Positions 28,357 through 41,998 of a DNA stretch of 64,000 nucleotides are shown one piece after another. The position numbers were made by a program, and so were the translations under genes. The stretch comes from Octopus vulgaris. Taxonomy: Eukaryota. Within the stretch, counting starts at the first letter, position 1. Each line of letters starts with the position of its first letter. Under the pieces are notes generated by a model. The model was given only the letters and a program-made list of their open reading frames with translations, was not told the DNA's origin and did not search any database. Location: positions 2,046,001-2,110,000 of the forward strand of contig OX597833.1 in the NCBI GenBank assembly GCA_951406725.2. Reading direction: 5' to 3'.

Positions 28357-28758
28357 GAGGCGCAATGGCCCAGTGGTTAGGGCAGCGGACTCGCGGTCGT
28401 AGGATCGCGGTTTCGATTCCCAGACCGGGCGTTGTGAGCGTTTATTGAACGAAAACACCTAAAGCTCCACGAGGCTCCGGCAGAGGATGGTGGTGATCCC
28501 TGCTGTACTCTTTCACCACAACTTTCTCTCATTCTTACTTCCTGTTTCTGTTGTACCTGTATTTAAAGGGGCCGGCCTTGTCACTCTCTGTGTCACGCTG
28601 AATATCCCCGAGAACTGCGTTAAGGGTGCACGTGTCTGTGGAGTGTTCAGCCACTTACACGTTAATTTCACGAGCAGGCTGTTCCTTTGATCGGATCAAC
28701 CGGAACCCTCGTCGTCGTAACCGACGGAATGCTTCCTAAGGGAAAGAAGAAAGAAGAA
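28357..28758 (+). mobile_element. SINE family A, full length, 13-bp TSD
   Basis: tRNA-like head with A box TGGCCCAGTGG and B box GTTTCGATTCC. TSD AGTCGGCCCAACC at 28343-28355 and 28759-28771. Confidence 0.9.
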
Positions 28759-29281
28759 AGTCGGCCCAACCCTTCTTTCCAGCATCTAGATAAGCGGTGT
28801 CTACGAGGAATTCGTGGGTCCCTGCTGGTCTACAAAGAAATACAGGGCGTCCGCAGGCTGTTTGCAAAATTTCGAAAAGTCACAAATATATTGTTACTCT
28901 GTTACATATACTTGTTTAATTACAACCATTAATTATCTTCTAATTAAGAAATGAAACTGACAACATGACTTCGTTGTTAGTTAATAAAAGTCACTTAATG
29001 AGTTGGACAGACCTTTTCAAATACCCAAGGTTCGTAGCAAACTTTATATTTAAATAAAATGGGTTGGGTAGAAAGCATTCTGGTACTCCAGAATGGCCTG
29101 TCGGTAACAACGCATTTTGTTTCTTACTTCGACATAATCTTTTGTATAATTTTTCTTTCTTATTCATAAGGTGGGGGAGGGCGACAGATCACATTGGTTT
29201 CATAACTAAATTGACTTTTACAGCCGTTTTCAAATATTACTGACATTATCATTTGTATAATTAAGTAATTATGTTCATTAT

Positions 29282-29547
29282 TTACATTATTTACATTAGA
29301 CAGATATTTGTCCTCATCTTGTTTGTTGTTAACACAACGTTTCGGCTGATATAAACTCCAGTCTTCATCAGGTGTCTTGGGGAAATTTCAAACCTGGGTC
29401 CACATTCGAAAAATACCGTAGGAATGAGAACCCACGTTCGAAATTTCCCCAAGACACCTGATGAAGGCTGGAGGGTACATCAGCCGAAATGTTGTGTTAA
29501 CAACAAACAAGATGAGGACAAATACCCGTCAAATGTAAATAATGTAA
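29282..29547. mobile_element. Long palindrome (126-bp arms, 14-nt loop), each arm carrying a minimal hammerhead; Penelope-like inverted pLTR
   Basis: Arms 29282-29407 and 29422-29547. Plus-strand hammerhead at 29453-29498: gacac CUGAUGA a ggctg..cagcc GAAA tg UU gtgtt. Minus-strand copy at 29331-29376. Confidence 0.85.
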
Positions 29548-29914
29548 GTAATATAGATAATTCCTCATCTATTAAATATAGAAATGAAGTAATTAACTCT
29601 TAATTAAATACTCAAAATGCAAAGGGTGACCATCTCCTCAGGAGAAATAACTGATATGTATGTAATATATTTATGTATGAAGGGACACCCTCGGTTATAT
29701 CAAACAACGTATGATCCACACAAAGTGTAGTTTGGACACTCCCCCACCCAGGCGTTAATTACTCGTAGGGGTGGTTTTCTCTGTGCACCTCAAGATTCTA
29801 CTGGATATATAATCGACCATAGGTGGTGATCACAGGGTTGGATTACCCTGGACATAACATTTAAGTACCCGATTCTATATTCCGTACCCGACTATATATT
29901 CCATATATATATAT

Positions 29915-30070
29915 GGAGTGGCTGTGTGGTAAGTAGCTTGTTTACCAACCACATGGTTCCGGGTTCAGTCCCACTGCGTGGCATCTTGGGCAAGTGTCTT
30001 CTACTATAGCTTCGAGCCGACCAAAGCCTTGTGAGTGGATTTGGTAGGCGGAAACTGAAAGAAGCCCGTC

Positions 30071-30127
<57 letters not shown>

Positions 30128-30348
30128 CGTGTATGTTTGTGTGTCTGTGTTTGTCCCCCTAGCGTTGCTTGACAACCGATGGTGGTGTGTTTATGTCCCC
30201 GTCACTTAGCGGTTCGGCAAAAGAGACCGATAGAATAAGTACTGGGCTTACAAAGAATAAGTCCCGGGGTCGATCTGCTCGATTAAAGGCGGTGCTCCAG
30301 CATGGCCGCAGTCAAATGACTGAAACAAGTAAAAGAATAAAAGAAAGA
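29915..30348 (+). mobile_element. SINE family B
   Basis: Similarity to family B copies. Confidence 0.9.
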
Positions 30349-30364
30349 ATATATATATATATAT

Positions 30365-30562
30365 AGTCAATCCAAACATGAACAAGCACGTAAAAACAAC
30401 AGCGCGAGGACGTGGTACAAGAACTGTGTTATTGGAGGCTCAGGAAAGGAAAGAAAAGAAAGAGGATTTCACGTTTCGAGCAGATATTCTTCATCAGAAA
30501 TATAGAAAAATCGAAAGAAAAGAAGATGGTGAAAGAAAATCGCCAACGATACACACGCGGTC
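30365..30562 (-). mobile_element. Family H2 element with minimal hammerhead at 30466-30501
   Basis: Minus strand reads attt CUGAUGA agaatatctgctc GAAA cg UG aaat. Canonical core; stem II and the cleavage base are degraded. Confidence 0.65.
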
Positions 30563-30582
30563 ACACACACACAGACATACAC

Positions 30583-30653
<71 letters not shown>

Positions 30654-30666
30654 CTCCTTTACCCAT

Positions 30667-30866
30667 TATTCTTTTACTTCTTTCAGTCATTTGACTGTGG
30701 CCATGCTGGAGCATCGCCTTTAGTCGAGCAATTCGACCCCAGGACTTATCCTTTATAAGCTTAGTACTTATTCCTTGCCGAACCACAAATTTACGGGGAC
30801 GTAAACACACCAGCATCGGTTGTCAAGCGATGTTGGAGGGACAAACACAAACAAACATGTGCACAC

Positions 30867-30903
<37 letters not shown>

Positions 30904-31056
30904 TACGACGGGCTTCTTTCAGTTTCCATCTACCAAATCCACTCACAAGGGTTTGGTCGGTCCGAGGCTACAGTAGAAGACACTTGCCCAAGGTGCCACG
31001 CAGTGGGACTGGACCCGGAACCATGTGGTTGGTAAGCAAGCTACTTACCACACAGC

Positions 31057-31058
<2 letters not shown>
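30667..31058 (-). mobile_element. SINE family B
   Basis: Similarity to family B copies. Confidence 0.9.
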
Positions 31059-31121
<63 letters not shown>

Positions 31122-31410
31122 CTACATATTAAGCTCTATATGATTGAGAAGACCAAAATGGAATTGGCATCCATATAATTCTTATTAGTTTGCAATGGTG
31201 TAAAAGAAGATTAAGAAGTTAGAAAAGTTGGGAGATTTTATCAAACATGCCAATTTCTGCGCCATCTTTTTTAATCCGCGCAGCCATTATGAGATACACT
31301 GTCATAGACGAGATGGCTTCGTTACAGATACCGTATTTGCGGCGTTAATAAACTTTTGGTATGTACGAGTGTGTACGTGTGTGTATGTATGTATCTGTTA
31401 TACATTTATC

Positions 31411-31471
<61 letters not shown>

Positions 31472-31492
31472 TAACATATATATATATATGTA

Positions 31493-31564
<72 letters not shown>

Positions 31565-32942
31565 CACGGAAGCCAATGAGTACCAACGAAAAACCCGAGG
31601 ACAGCGTTTGAGAAATAATACATATTCATATCACCAAATATGATTGTGTGCGCGCGCATGCGTGTGTGTGTAAATTCAGAGCGGTATGCATGGATATGGA
31701 TAAGTATCTATGTATCTGGGTTACTGTATCCATATCTCCATGCGTATGCGCATACATTCATAAATACACACGCACACACACGTTTGTACATATGTACACA
31801 CGTATGCACACACAGATATCTTTATGAATATCTATATGCGCGTGCACACTCACACACCAGCACGCATGCGTTACCGCTCACAATTTTCCTCGCCATCTTT
31901 TCTATTGCTTCCTCTGTTCTACAGCTACACACCAATATGAAATCGTATAAAATACTTATATAATATCATAATCGGAACATGACGTTCTTCGTTCTTTTTC
32001 TTTTCAATTCCATTCTCCTAGTTTTAGCCATAGCACTGCAGCTATGCTGTGGCACGGCCATATAACGGATTTGGTGCTTTATTTCTCTTATTTTATCGTC
32101 CTGGAAATCTACAGAATGCACAATAAATACATAATGCATTCTGGAATAATCCATTGACAGAATTACAGATCTTCATCGTGGATTCTGAAATTCTGAATCA
32201 ATATTCAGGAAAAAGAAAGGAGAACGAGTCTTAGTAGGGTTGCTACTAGTATTCAGATGGCTATAGAATCAACGTGACTGGTACTAGACGTGGATATGAG
32301 ATAGTATGACAACCTAAGGTACATGTATGTATAAGTATATATGTCTAATACATACACAAAATTTATTTTCGTTGTGTCTTTGATCATTAAGTGCTATTTC
32401 CGATTTACTTCTAACTAGAATTCAAAGGAAACGACTACTATTCCCTTCAAACTTTACTTTTGTGACTTAAGCATCAATGTTTTGAAACTGAACTATTTTC
32501 CATTACATTTCAGACAGATTCAGTGCTGAGTTGCTGAAGCAGAAATATCGTTATAGCAAATACTCTGCTCAATGCCACAGATTTGCATGTCACTTGGTTG
32601 ACCTTAATGAGTTGAGCATGGCCCTTAGTGGCTGACAATATGTGCATCCCTGGTCATGAGCAGGGGTAGTGGAGAAGCATCATAACCGTGTGTTGAGATG
32701 GTTTCTTCGTGGTTTGAATAACTTTAATAAAAGCAAAGTTTGAAGGAAATATCTGCCATTTTTCATACTTTCATGGGGTAAGCAAAATGGGAAATAACAG
32801 TTACAACCAAACGTTATATATTTATATATATGCATATATACGTATATATATATATCAGCCGAAATTGCTAGGATGATCCGGTTCTTGACTGAAGATTGAA
32901 GGCTTCGAATGTCCCGTCCGTGTTTCTCAGTTTGTATTTTTC

Positions 32943-33001
<59 letters not shown>

Positions 33002-33094
33002 CATATATATAAATATAATAAATATTAGGGAATAAATCCAAACTTACAGGGAAAAATCAGATTTAGGATTGAATCCAATTTTATAGTAAAATAT

Positions 33095-33904
33095 TATATT
33101 ATATTAAATTAGAGACAAAACCACTATTAGGCAAATCAAACATTGAAAGACTTAAACCAATACATAAATTAATTTATATTATTTAAATATGTAACAATTA
33201 TTAAAAAATATAATTAATATCCACTACGATCGTTTCCTGGCTACTGTCATCAAATTTTTGAGTCGGTCATTCATCAGGTGGTTTCAAATCTAAAATATAA
33301 TCAATATTTTTAAGATATAAATAATCTATATAATCTAAAATAATAATTTACTTACAATAAACTCTATTATTAAATATGATTATATCGAAATCGACTAATG
33401 TTAAATATTAACTTTAATTCATAAGGTAGAAAACCCATATTCTAATATCAATATTAGTCTATATCTAATTACATAGATATTTAAAATGACTAATATATAT
33501 AAATTATCAATGAAAATATATATAAATATTATAATCAAGATCTAAAATAATCTCTATAAACAATTGTATATAATGAAAACCTAATATATTTAATTTCTCA
33601 TATTTAAAGATGAAATAGCTAATTTCAAAATACAAATAAACTAACTTAAACTGACTTTCGAAATCTTATGTAAAATACTTATAGAAATATTCAATTCTTA
33701 GTAATATAGTATAAGTACTATAAACATAATTATGAATGGGAATAATTATCTAATATAAATTATGCTATTAAATTAGTGGATATTAATTATATTTTTTAAT
33801 AATTGTTATATTTAAATAATATAAATTAATTTATGTATTGGCTTAAGTCTTTCATTGTTTGATTTGCCTAATAGTGGTTTTGTCTCTAATTTAATATAAT
33901 ATAT
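33095..33904. mobile_element. Very AT-rich element with ~130-bp inverted termini and an internal hammerhead
   Basis: 33095-33226 is the near-perfect reverse complement of 33774-33904. Confidence 0.8.
33221..33281 (-). ncRNA. Type I hammerhead ribozyme
   Basis: Minus strand reads ccac CUGAUGA ..imperfect stem II.. GAAA cgatcg UA/ gtgg. Confidence 0.7.
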
Positions 33905-34835
33905 ATAAATATATATATACTCGCACGCACTCACACACGCACATGCACACACATTTAACACCCACACATATATGTTTTGAGAGAAGGTGGATCAATTTGT
34001 CGCGCACATCGACGCTGATACTTGAGCGGCACTTCATTTTATGGGTTCTGAAAGGATGGAAAGTAAAGTTAACCTCGGCAGGATTAGAACCTAGAACATT
34101 AAAAACAAACCCGGAAGCACAACTGCAAAAATTTTCACGATGTTCTAACCAATATGCCAGCTCGCTACGCTGAGAAGCGGTTTTAATTTCAGGATAAGAC
34201 CAGTAAGTATAAGTGTAGGAGATTAGTCAATATCATTGATTGACTCAAGCACCAAGCTAGTGTTTTATGTCATTGATTCAGGATTAACGAAAGACAAAAA
34301 TGACTGAAGCAGGATTTGAACTCAGATGTAAATGGCCCAAATAAAAGCCAAAAGGCGTTTAATCGATTCTACCAATTCCGCGCTCCTTCAATTTTTGTCA
34401 TGAAAAGACAGCATAGAATTGATATTCATCGAATTCTTCTGTGCTGGTTTTGTTCATGTTCGGAAGGTTTTAATTTTATCAAACAGGCTGGAGGTGCGTA
34501 GCTTACTGGTAAGAGTGTTACACTCATGATCGTAAGATTGCGGTTTCGATTCCAGAAACTGTCATTGCGTTGTATTCTTGCGCAGAACACTTCATTTCAC
34601 GTTACTCCTGTTCCCTCGGCGGACAAAAATGATTACTCTTTCAGGGACCCAACCAGATTAGGAACGTGTACACCTCAACAGGCCTTATGAGCGGGGGAAG
34701 GATCTTTGATCCTTTTCTCAATGTGGTGCCCCAGCTTGGCCACAGTTCTGTGAGGGAAACAACGAAAATGATACAGTCTAATGATTCTGACCAGTAAGTC
34801 AGTTTTCCGAGGTTGCATCTTGGTTGTATCTATCA

Positions 34836-34872
<37 letters not shown>

Positions 34873-34911
34873 CCTACCACTCTCTCTTTCTATCTATCTA
34901 TCATTATATAA

Positions 34912-34952
<41 letters not shown>

Positions 34953-34959
34953 TGTGTGC

Positions 34960-34992
<33 letters not shown>

Positions 34993-35100
34993 GACATACA
35001 TATATGTGTGCATATATATATATATATATAAGTGTGTGTGTATATATGTATATGGCGGGGAATGTGTGCAAACAGACAAATACACACACACACACACACA

Positions 35101-35159
<59 letters not shown>

Positions 35160-35171
35160 ACATATACATAT

Positions 35172-35205
<34 letters not shown>

Positions 35206-35225
35206 ATATGTATACATATACATAT

Positions 35226-35307
<82 letters not shown>

Positions 35308-35348
35308 CATGCATACATATATATGAAGTAAAAGCAGGTCTCGAATAA

Positions 35349-35610
35349 TAAATATTGTTAAATACATATACTAATTTTCCGGTGGCCGCAGTGGCGTAGC
35401 GGAGTATATAACTCACATGGATCTAAGATGATAGATCGCCTTAGAGCTATGGACAGGGGAGATAACTGACCCTGAATCCCATTTAGGTGTCATGGACAAC
35501 GAAGTTTCGCCATATCGGCGACGTGAGAGTTTATATACTCCGCTACGCCATTGCAGCCACCGGAAAATACACCAAACATATACATTAGTATATGTATTTA
35601 ACAATATTTA
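35349..35610. mobile_element. MITE-like foldback element
   Basis: The outer 27-bp arms (35349-35375 and 35584-35610) are perfect. The inner GC-rich ~40-bp arms TTTTCCGGTGGCCGCAGTGGCGTAGCGGAGTATATAA pair with 35530-35567. Confidence 0.8.
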
Positions 35611-35657
35611 ATATACATACATATAAATCTATGCATGTATGTATATATGTGTATGTC

Positions 35658-35707
<50 letters not shown>

Positions 35708-35803
35708 TGTATATATATTTATATACACACACACATACACACACACACGCACACACTCTCACAAAGGCATACATATATACGTCTGCTGCATAACACCTCT
35801 CTC

Positions 35804-35851
<48 letters not shown>

Positions 35852-35960
35852 CGGCGTTTTTTTTGGTGTCCTGTACCCATATATGCATGTATATATACAT
35901 GTAGAGGTAGGTGCGTACATTTTTGTATGTATATATGCATGTTTTATTTATTAATTCATT

Positions 35961-36087
<127 letters not shown>

Positions 36088-36239
36088 TCCCTCTCCGCCA
36101 TCCTCCCTCTACTCGCTTCTCGATCCATATATTTCCTTGCCTTCATGTCTGTCTACCGTTATCTAGACCTTCCTCACACTACAGTCTTCGTCCATTCTAC
36201 TTACTATAACTGAAAACACACACACGCACGCACACACGC

Positions 36240-36307
<68 letters not shown>

Positions 36308-36439
36308 AAACACGTATACTTATACATGTTCATACATATATATAAATATAAGGATTACTTTATATAAATGTACCAAACAGCTCACAATGCACAATTGGTC
36401 ATTCACTAATATACATACATACATACATACATACATACA

Positions 36440-36488
<49 letters not shown>

Positions 36489-36692
36489 GCACATACACTT
36501 TTATATATATGTATACACATACAGACACACACACACACACACACACATACACACATACATACATCATTCGTTGATCTGCCTTCTATCTCTCTCTTCCGCA
36601 TATCTTCCTCTCCGTCTATCTCCTACCTCATATCTACTGCTACTACTACTACTACTACTACTACTACAACAATAATAATAATAATAATAATG

Positions 36693-36742
<50 letters not shown>

Positions 36743-36775
36743 TATAATAATATTAATAATAATAACAATAATAAT

Positions 36776-37195
36776 AATTCTACTGTAGACACAAGGCCCA
36801 AAATTTTGGGGGAGGGGCTCAGTCAATTAGATCAACCTCAGTACCCAACTGGTACTTAATTTATCGGCCTGGAAAGGATGAAAGGCAAAGTCGACCTCGG
36901 CGGAATTTGAACTCAGAACGTAACGGCAGACGAAATACCGCCAAGCATCGCCCGGCGTGCTAACGATTCTGCCAGCTCGCCGCCCTAAGAACATTCCTTT
37001 CTACTAAAAGCACAAGGCCAGAGATTTGGGTGGGACGGGGTAAGTCGATTACATGGACCTCAGTACTCCTCTGGTACTTATTTCATCGGCCCCGAAAGGA
37101 TGAAAGGCAAAATCGACCTGAGCGGAATTTGAACTCAGAACGTCAAGAAGGACAAAATTCTGCTAAGTATTTTGTCCGGCGTACTTACGATTCTG
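36776..37195 (-). mobile_element. Two adjacent SINE family C copies (36776-36985 younger, 36995-37195 older)
   Basis: Both carry GAAAGGATGAAAGGCAAA.TCGACCT..GCGGAATTTGAACTCAGAACGT. Confidence 0.85.
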
Positions 37196-37196
37196 A

Positions 37197-37254
37197 TACT
37201 ACTACTACTACTACCACTAATACTACTGCTGCTAATACTACTACAACTACCACC

Positions 37255-37320
<66 letters not shown>

Positions 37321-37374
37321 ACTACCACTACTACTACTGCTGCTACTACTACTACCACCACCACTACCACCACC

Positions 37375-37454
<80 letters not shown>

Positions 37455-37530
37455 AGCTGCTGTTGCTACTACCACTAATACTACTGCTGCTAATACTACT
37501 ACAACTACCACCACCACCACCACTACCACC

Positions 37531-37596
<66 letters not shown>

Positions 37597-37650
37597 ACTA
37601 CCACTACTACTACTGCTGCTACTACTACTACCACCACCACTACCACCACC

Positions 37651-37733
<83 letters not shown>

Positions 37734-38003
37734 AGCTGCTGTTGCTACTACCACTAATACTACTGCTGCTAATACTACTACTACTACCACCACCACCACC
37801 ACTACCACCACCACCACCACCACTACTACTACTACTACTGCTGCTGCTGCTACTACCACTACTACTACTGCTGCTACTATTACTACCACCACCACCAGCA
37901 GCAGCACCACCACCAGCACCACTACCACCACCACTACCACCACCACTACCACCACCACTACCACCACTACTACTACTACCACTACTACAACTACTACTAC
38001 TAA
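37197..38003. repeat. (ACT/ACC/GCT)n compound repeat with ~260-280 bp higher-order triplication
   Basis: Marker ACTACCACTAATACTACTGCTGCTAATACT at ~37210, ~37468 and ~37747. Confidence 0.9.
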
Positions 38004-38443
38004 CTCTTGTGCTTCGCCTGTCTCTTGTGTCTTACCTCTCACTACTACCTCCATCATTCCTTTACTCTTATTTCCCCCTCCCCCCTTCACTCGCATATTG
38101 CCTCTCACCTCCACCGCCACCACAATGACTATGGCCTTACATTGCTCCCCCTCCCCTTCTCTCGACGCTTCTCACCAACCTACACCACCACCTCCAACAC
38201 TACTGCTGCATTACAACCACCACAACCACCTCCTCCACCACCATCTCTACAGTACTGTTCACCTCCGTCCCCTTCTTGTTCTCTACCTCTGACTGTCACC
38301 ACACAAGCCGACATCGCCTCATCCTCAGCGCAGCTTCGCCTTCCTTCCGTTTCTCTCCTCTCACTACTACCACAACTGCTCCGCTCGCCTTCCTTATTAC
38401 ATAATACACTTTTATTTTCATGGCGTAGTTTAAACTTCGGAGA

Positions 38444-38500
<57 letters not shown>

Positions 38501-39189
38501 TGCATACACACATATACGCATACACACCAGCACATGTACGCATACATAAAATCATACGCGCACATACATACATGTAAAAATGTGTATACATATTCATATA
38601 CACGCGCCTTCTCACAAAACATATCAGATGGCACACACACTCATCAAAGAACCAAAGGGATCTCCGTCGCATTCGACGAGGGTATTCAGTTATTCCATCA
38701 ACTGAATTACCGGCTCATTGAGTATTCCGTAGCTGTTTGGACGCTCGAGTGAAAGCGTGTGGCCTAAGGGATAGACTGTTACATTAATGATCGCAAGACC
38801 GTAGTTTCGATTCCCGAACTGAGTAGTGATTTTTGTTCTTGAGCAAAATATTTCATTTTACATTGGCTGAGTATTTCGCAGACGCTTAGATACTCAAGTA
38901 AAGGATCGTGGCCTTGCGATTAGGGTGTAACACAATATACGACAATGCTCTACCGCTTGAATTCAAGTTTCACTCCGGCCGCAGGCTTCCGAACAGTTTC
39001 CGCTCACCCAAATTCTCTCACAAGTCTTAAGTCGGCTTTTGGCCCTGATAAAAGTTACTTGCTCAAGATACTGTGCGGTGGGATCGAACACATGACAAAA
39101 TCACTGCTCCTGCGAGGTGAAGAACTCCTTCATTGAGGCTTCCACATCCTCTTGATTGATGAAGTAAGGGATCAGAACAAGCAACATTG

Positions 39190-39770
39190 CAAGGAACGCT
39201 GCACTATATACTGGACGTGGCACCAGTTCGATTCTTCAAACGTCTTGGAGTTTATTCTGGGTCATTCGACCGGTATGGGGCCACGTGTTGTCATGGCGCA
39301 GAAGAGCGTCATTCTGTTGAACAATGTCGGGTATTTTTGCCGCACAATAACATACAAGTACTCCAGATGTCCAGATGTTCGAAGTGCTGGTTGGCATCGA
39401 TGGTGCAACTACCCGGAACCTACTCATTATGAACTAAACCCTCATAATTCCACCAGACGCAGAGCATCACCTTGTATTTGAAACACCCATATTTGATGAC
39501 AGGTTCCAAAAGCTGGTCCTTGCTTAACCCCTGCTTAACGCTCATGAGGATTGCGGAAAAATAGCGCCCTCGGATTATTACTTGTTCCGATCCATGGTTC
39601 ACTTGCTGCGCTCGCCACGCTTCATCGACCAAGCGAAGGCGGAGGCTTCAGTGAACAGAGTTCTTTGCTTCGAAGGACAAGAACTGGTATCAGCATGGAA
39701 TCGAAGAACTGGCAACGAACAGTGGCTTCGGGTGGTGCAGCCTCTAGTTGGAATGATAGCCTCTAGTTTT
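39190..39770. pseudogene. Mariner (DD34D-type) transposase relic with internal inversion
   Basis: Minus strand 39545-39190: KVMLCVWWNYEGLVH, LLRHDNTWPHT, IELVPRPVYS. Plus strand from ~39560: APSDYYLFRSM..FFASKDKNWYQHGIEELA. Confidence 0.85.
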
Positions 39771-40230
39771 TGCTGTAACTTAGATGAATAAAGCAAATAC
39801 GTTACTACAATATTGCTGAACTTTTGAGTTAACACAAAAAAAAAAACAAAGGGCAACATTCTTTACCAAGTTTGTTCAGGTTCTTCACGCTCAGAGTTCG
39901 AATCCTTCCGTGATCATCTTTCACTTTCATCCGTTCGCGTTCGATTGAATAAAGGACCAGTCTAGTATTGCGATCGATGTCATCAACTATTTTGCCTCCC
40001 TACAAGATTGCAGGCATTTTGCTTTGGTTTTTATTTTATTTTATTTTATTTTGTAAACTTCAAAAGACGCCATCATCATCATCATCATCAACAACAACAA
40101 CTCCTGAACATTACTTTCTCAATTATTAGGTTCTATGGAACCGGTTCTTCATCTTCCATATCGTACAAGTCGGCGAGATCGTAACATTCATTGTGATGAG
40201 GACGCCAATCTCTGGCAAGGTGAATCATAT

Positions 40231-40645
40231 ACCTATTTCTTTACTACCCACAAGGGGCTAAACACAGAGAAGACAAACAAGGACATACAAACGGATTACG
40301 TCGATTATATCGACCCCATTGCGTAACTGGTACTTATTTAATCGACCCCGAAAGTATGAAAGGCAAAGTCGACCTCGGCGGAATTTGAACTCAGAATTTA
40401 ACGGCAGACGAAATACCTATTTCTTTACTACCCACAAGGGGCTAAGCACAGAGAGGACAAGCAAGGACAGACAAAGGCATTAAGTCGATTACATCGACCC
40501 CAGTGCGTAACTGGTACTTAATTTATCGACCCCGAAAGGATGAAAGGCAAAGTCGACCTCGGCGGAATTTGAACTCAGAACGTAACCGCAGACGAAATAC
40601 CACAAAGAATTTCGCCCGGCGTGCTAAGGTTTCTACCAGCTCGCC
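40231..40645 (-). mobile_element. SINE family C tandem dimer
   Basis: 40231-40413 is a head-truncated copy directly followed by a full copy at 40414-40645. Confidence 0.85.
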
Positions 40646-41589
40646 TATGATTCAACGGTGAATCAAATACCGTTGAGCCGAATGAGTCAACGTAAACTGA
40701 AATGCTTTGCTCAAGAATTCGACGCACAACCCGGTCCGGAAATCGAAACCATGATATTGCGATCGTGAGTGTAACAACCAAAGTATTAGGCCATGGACTT
40801 TATTCCAGGAAGACTGCTTGACGACTGGTTGCGTGGATAGTCTTATGTAATCAAATGTTTCTTTCAACGCAATGCATTAAATATTTGAAACAACCTTATG
40901 AGGATTGTGTATGCAAAGCGCTCTCCAAATCTTATTGTTGCTTTATTCAAACAATTTAAACGCCTGTGTGAAACCAAAAGTCGTAACAGAATAAATAGAA
41001 GGGTATTTAATACCTTTTATATATATATAAGGAAATACAAAAGATAAAGGAAATAATGAGAAAGAAAGAGATTTCAGGAAAAGACAATGAACAGTTAAGT
41101 GTCTCTGTTGGGAAATCTTTCTGTCATTTTCATGTATCAAAAGCTCTTATTTCTGGTCGGTAGATCCTTAAGACTGTATTAAACCTCGAAGCTTGGTAAC
41201 CTTTTGAAGACCGAATTCAATATGTCGCATATGTCAGTTGATGGTTTGGGCAGGAGAACAAATAGTGTTGTGAAGACGCTGAATAGTCTTTATAAGAATA
41301 TAAATCTGATTCGAAACGGCCTTTTCGTGACATTCATAATCAACGTCATTATCGTTCAAACTATTTCAATACACTCTGGTTTTTCAATTAACTTTCTTAA
41401 GTACGGAAAGACATTTTGAATAAAGTAGTCCTACATACAAACAGTATGCGTCTGTCGTTTCTGACAATGTAAAAGATGAGAAGTTGCTAATCCTGCCAAG
41501 GCCTAATCTAAGCCTGCATGGGCGAGCATTTTATTTATCAAGATGTTTCTTTCGTTCAAATATAATTTGGTCAGCAGAAAAGCAAAGCC

Positions 41590-41670
<81 letters not shown>

Positions 41671-41678
41671 AGTATATA

Positions 41679-41753
41679 TATAGATAAATGAAAGAATGGA
41701 GTCGAACGATTTTGTTAAATCGTCGTTCGACTCCATTCTTTCATTTATCTATA
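41679..41753. repeat. Perfect 31-bp inverted repeat (13-nt loop)
   Basis: TATAGATAAATGAAAGAATGGAGTCGAACGA / TCGTTCGACTCCATTCTTTCATTTATCTATA. Confidence 0.9.
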
Positions 41754-41895
41754 GTAAAAAAACACACAAATTTCCACACGAAAGCACATGATTTCTGCCC
41801 TTGGCATGTAGCTTCAACCGTGCTTTCGGACGTAAATTACTACCCGGGTATTGGTTAACCGAATTATCCATACTAGGATAATTCATTCAACTAAG

Positions 41896-41968
<73 letters not shown>

Positions 41969-41998
41969 ACATAAATATATATATACATATATATATAT

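Noticed and set aside
28357-28432. tRNA gene
   Set aside because: The tRNA-like sequence continues into a multi-copy body with a TSD, so it is a SINE head; the same applies to families B and C.
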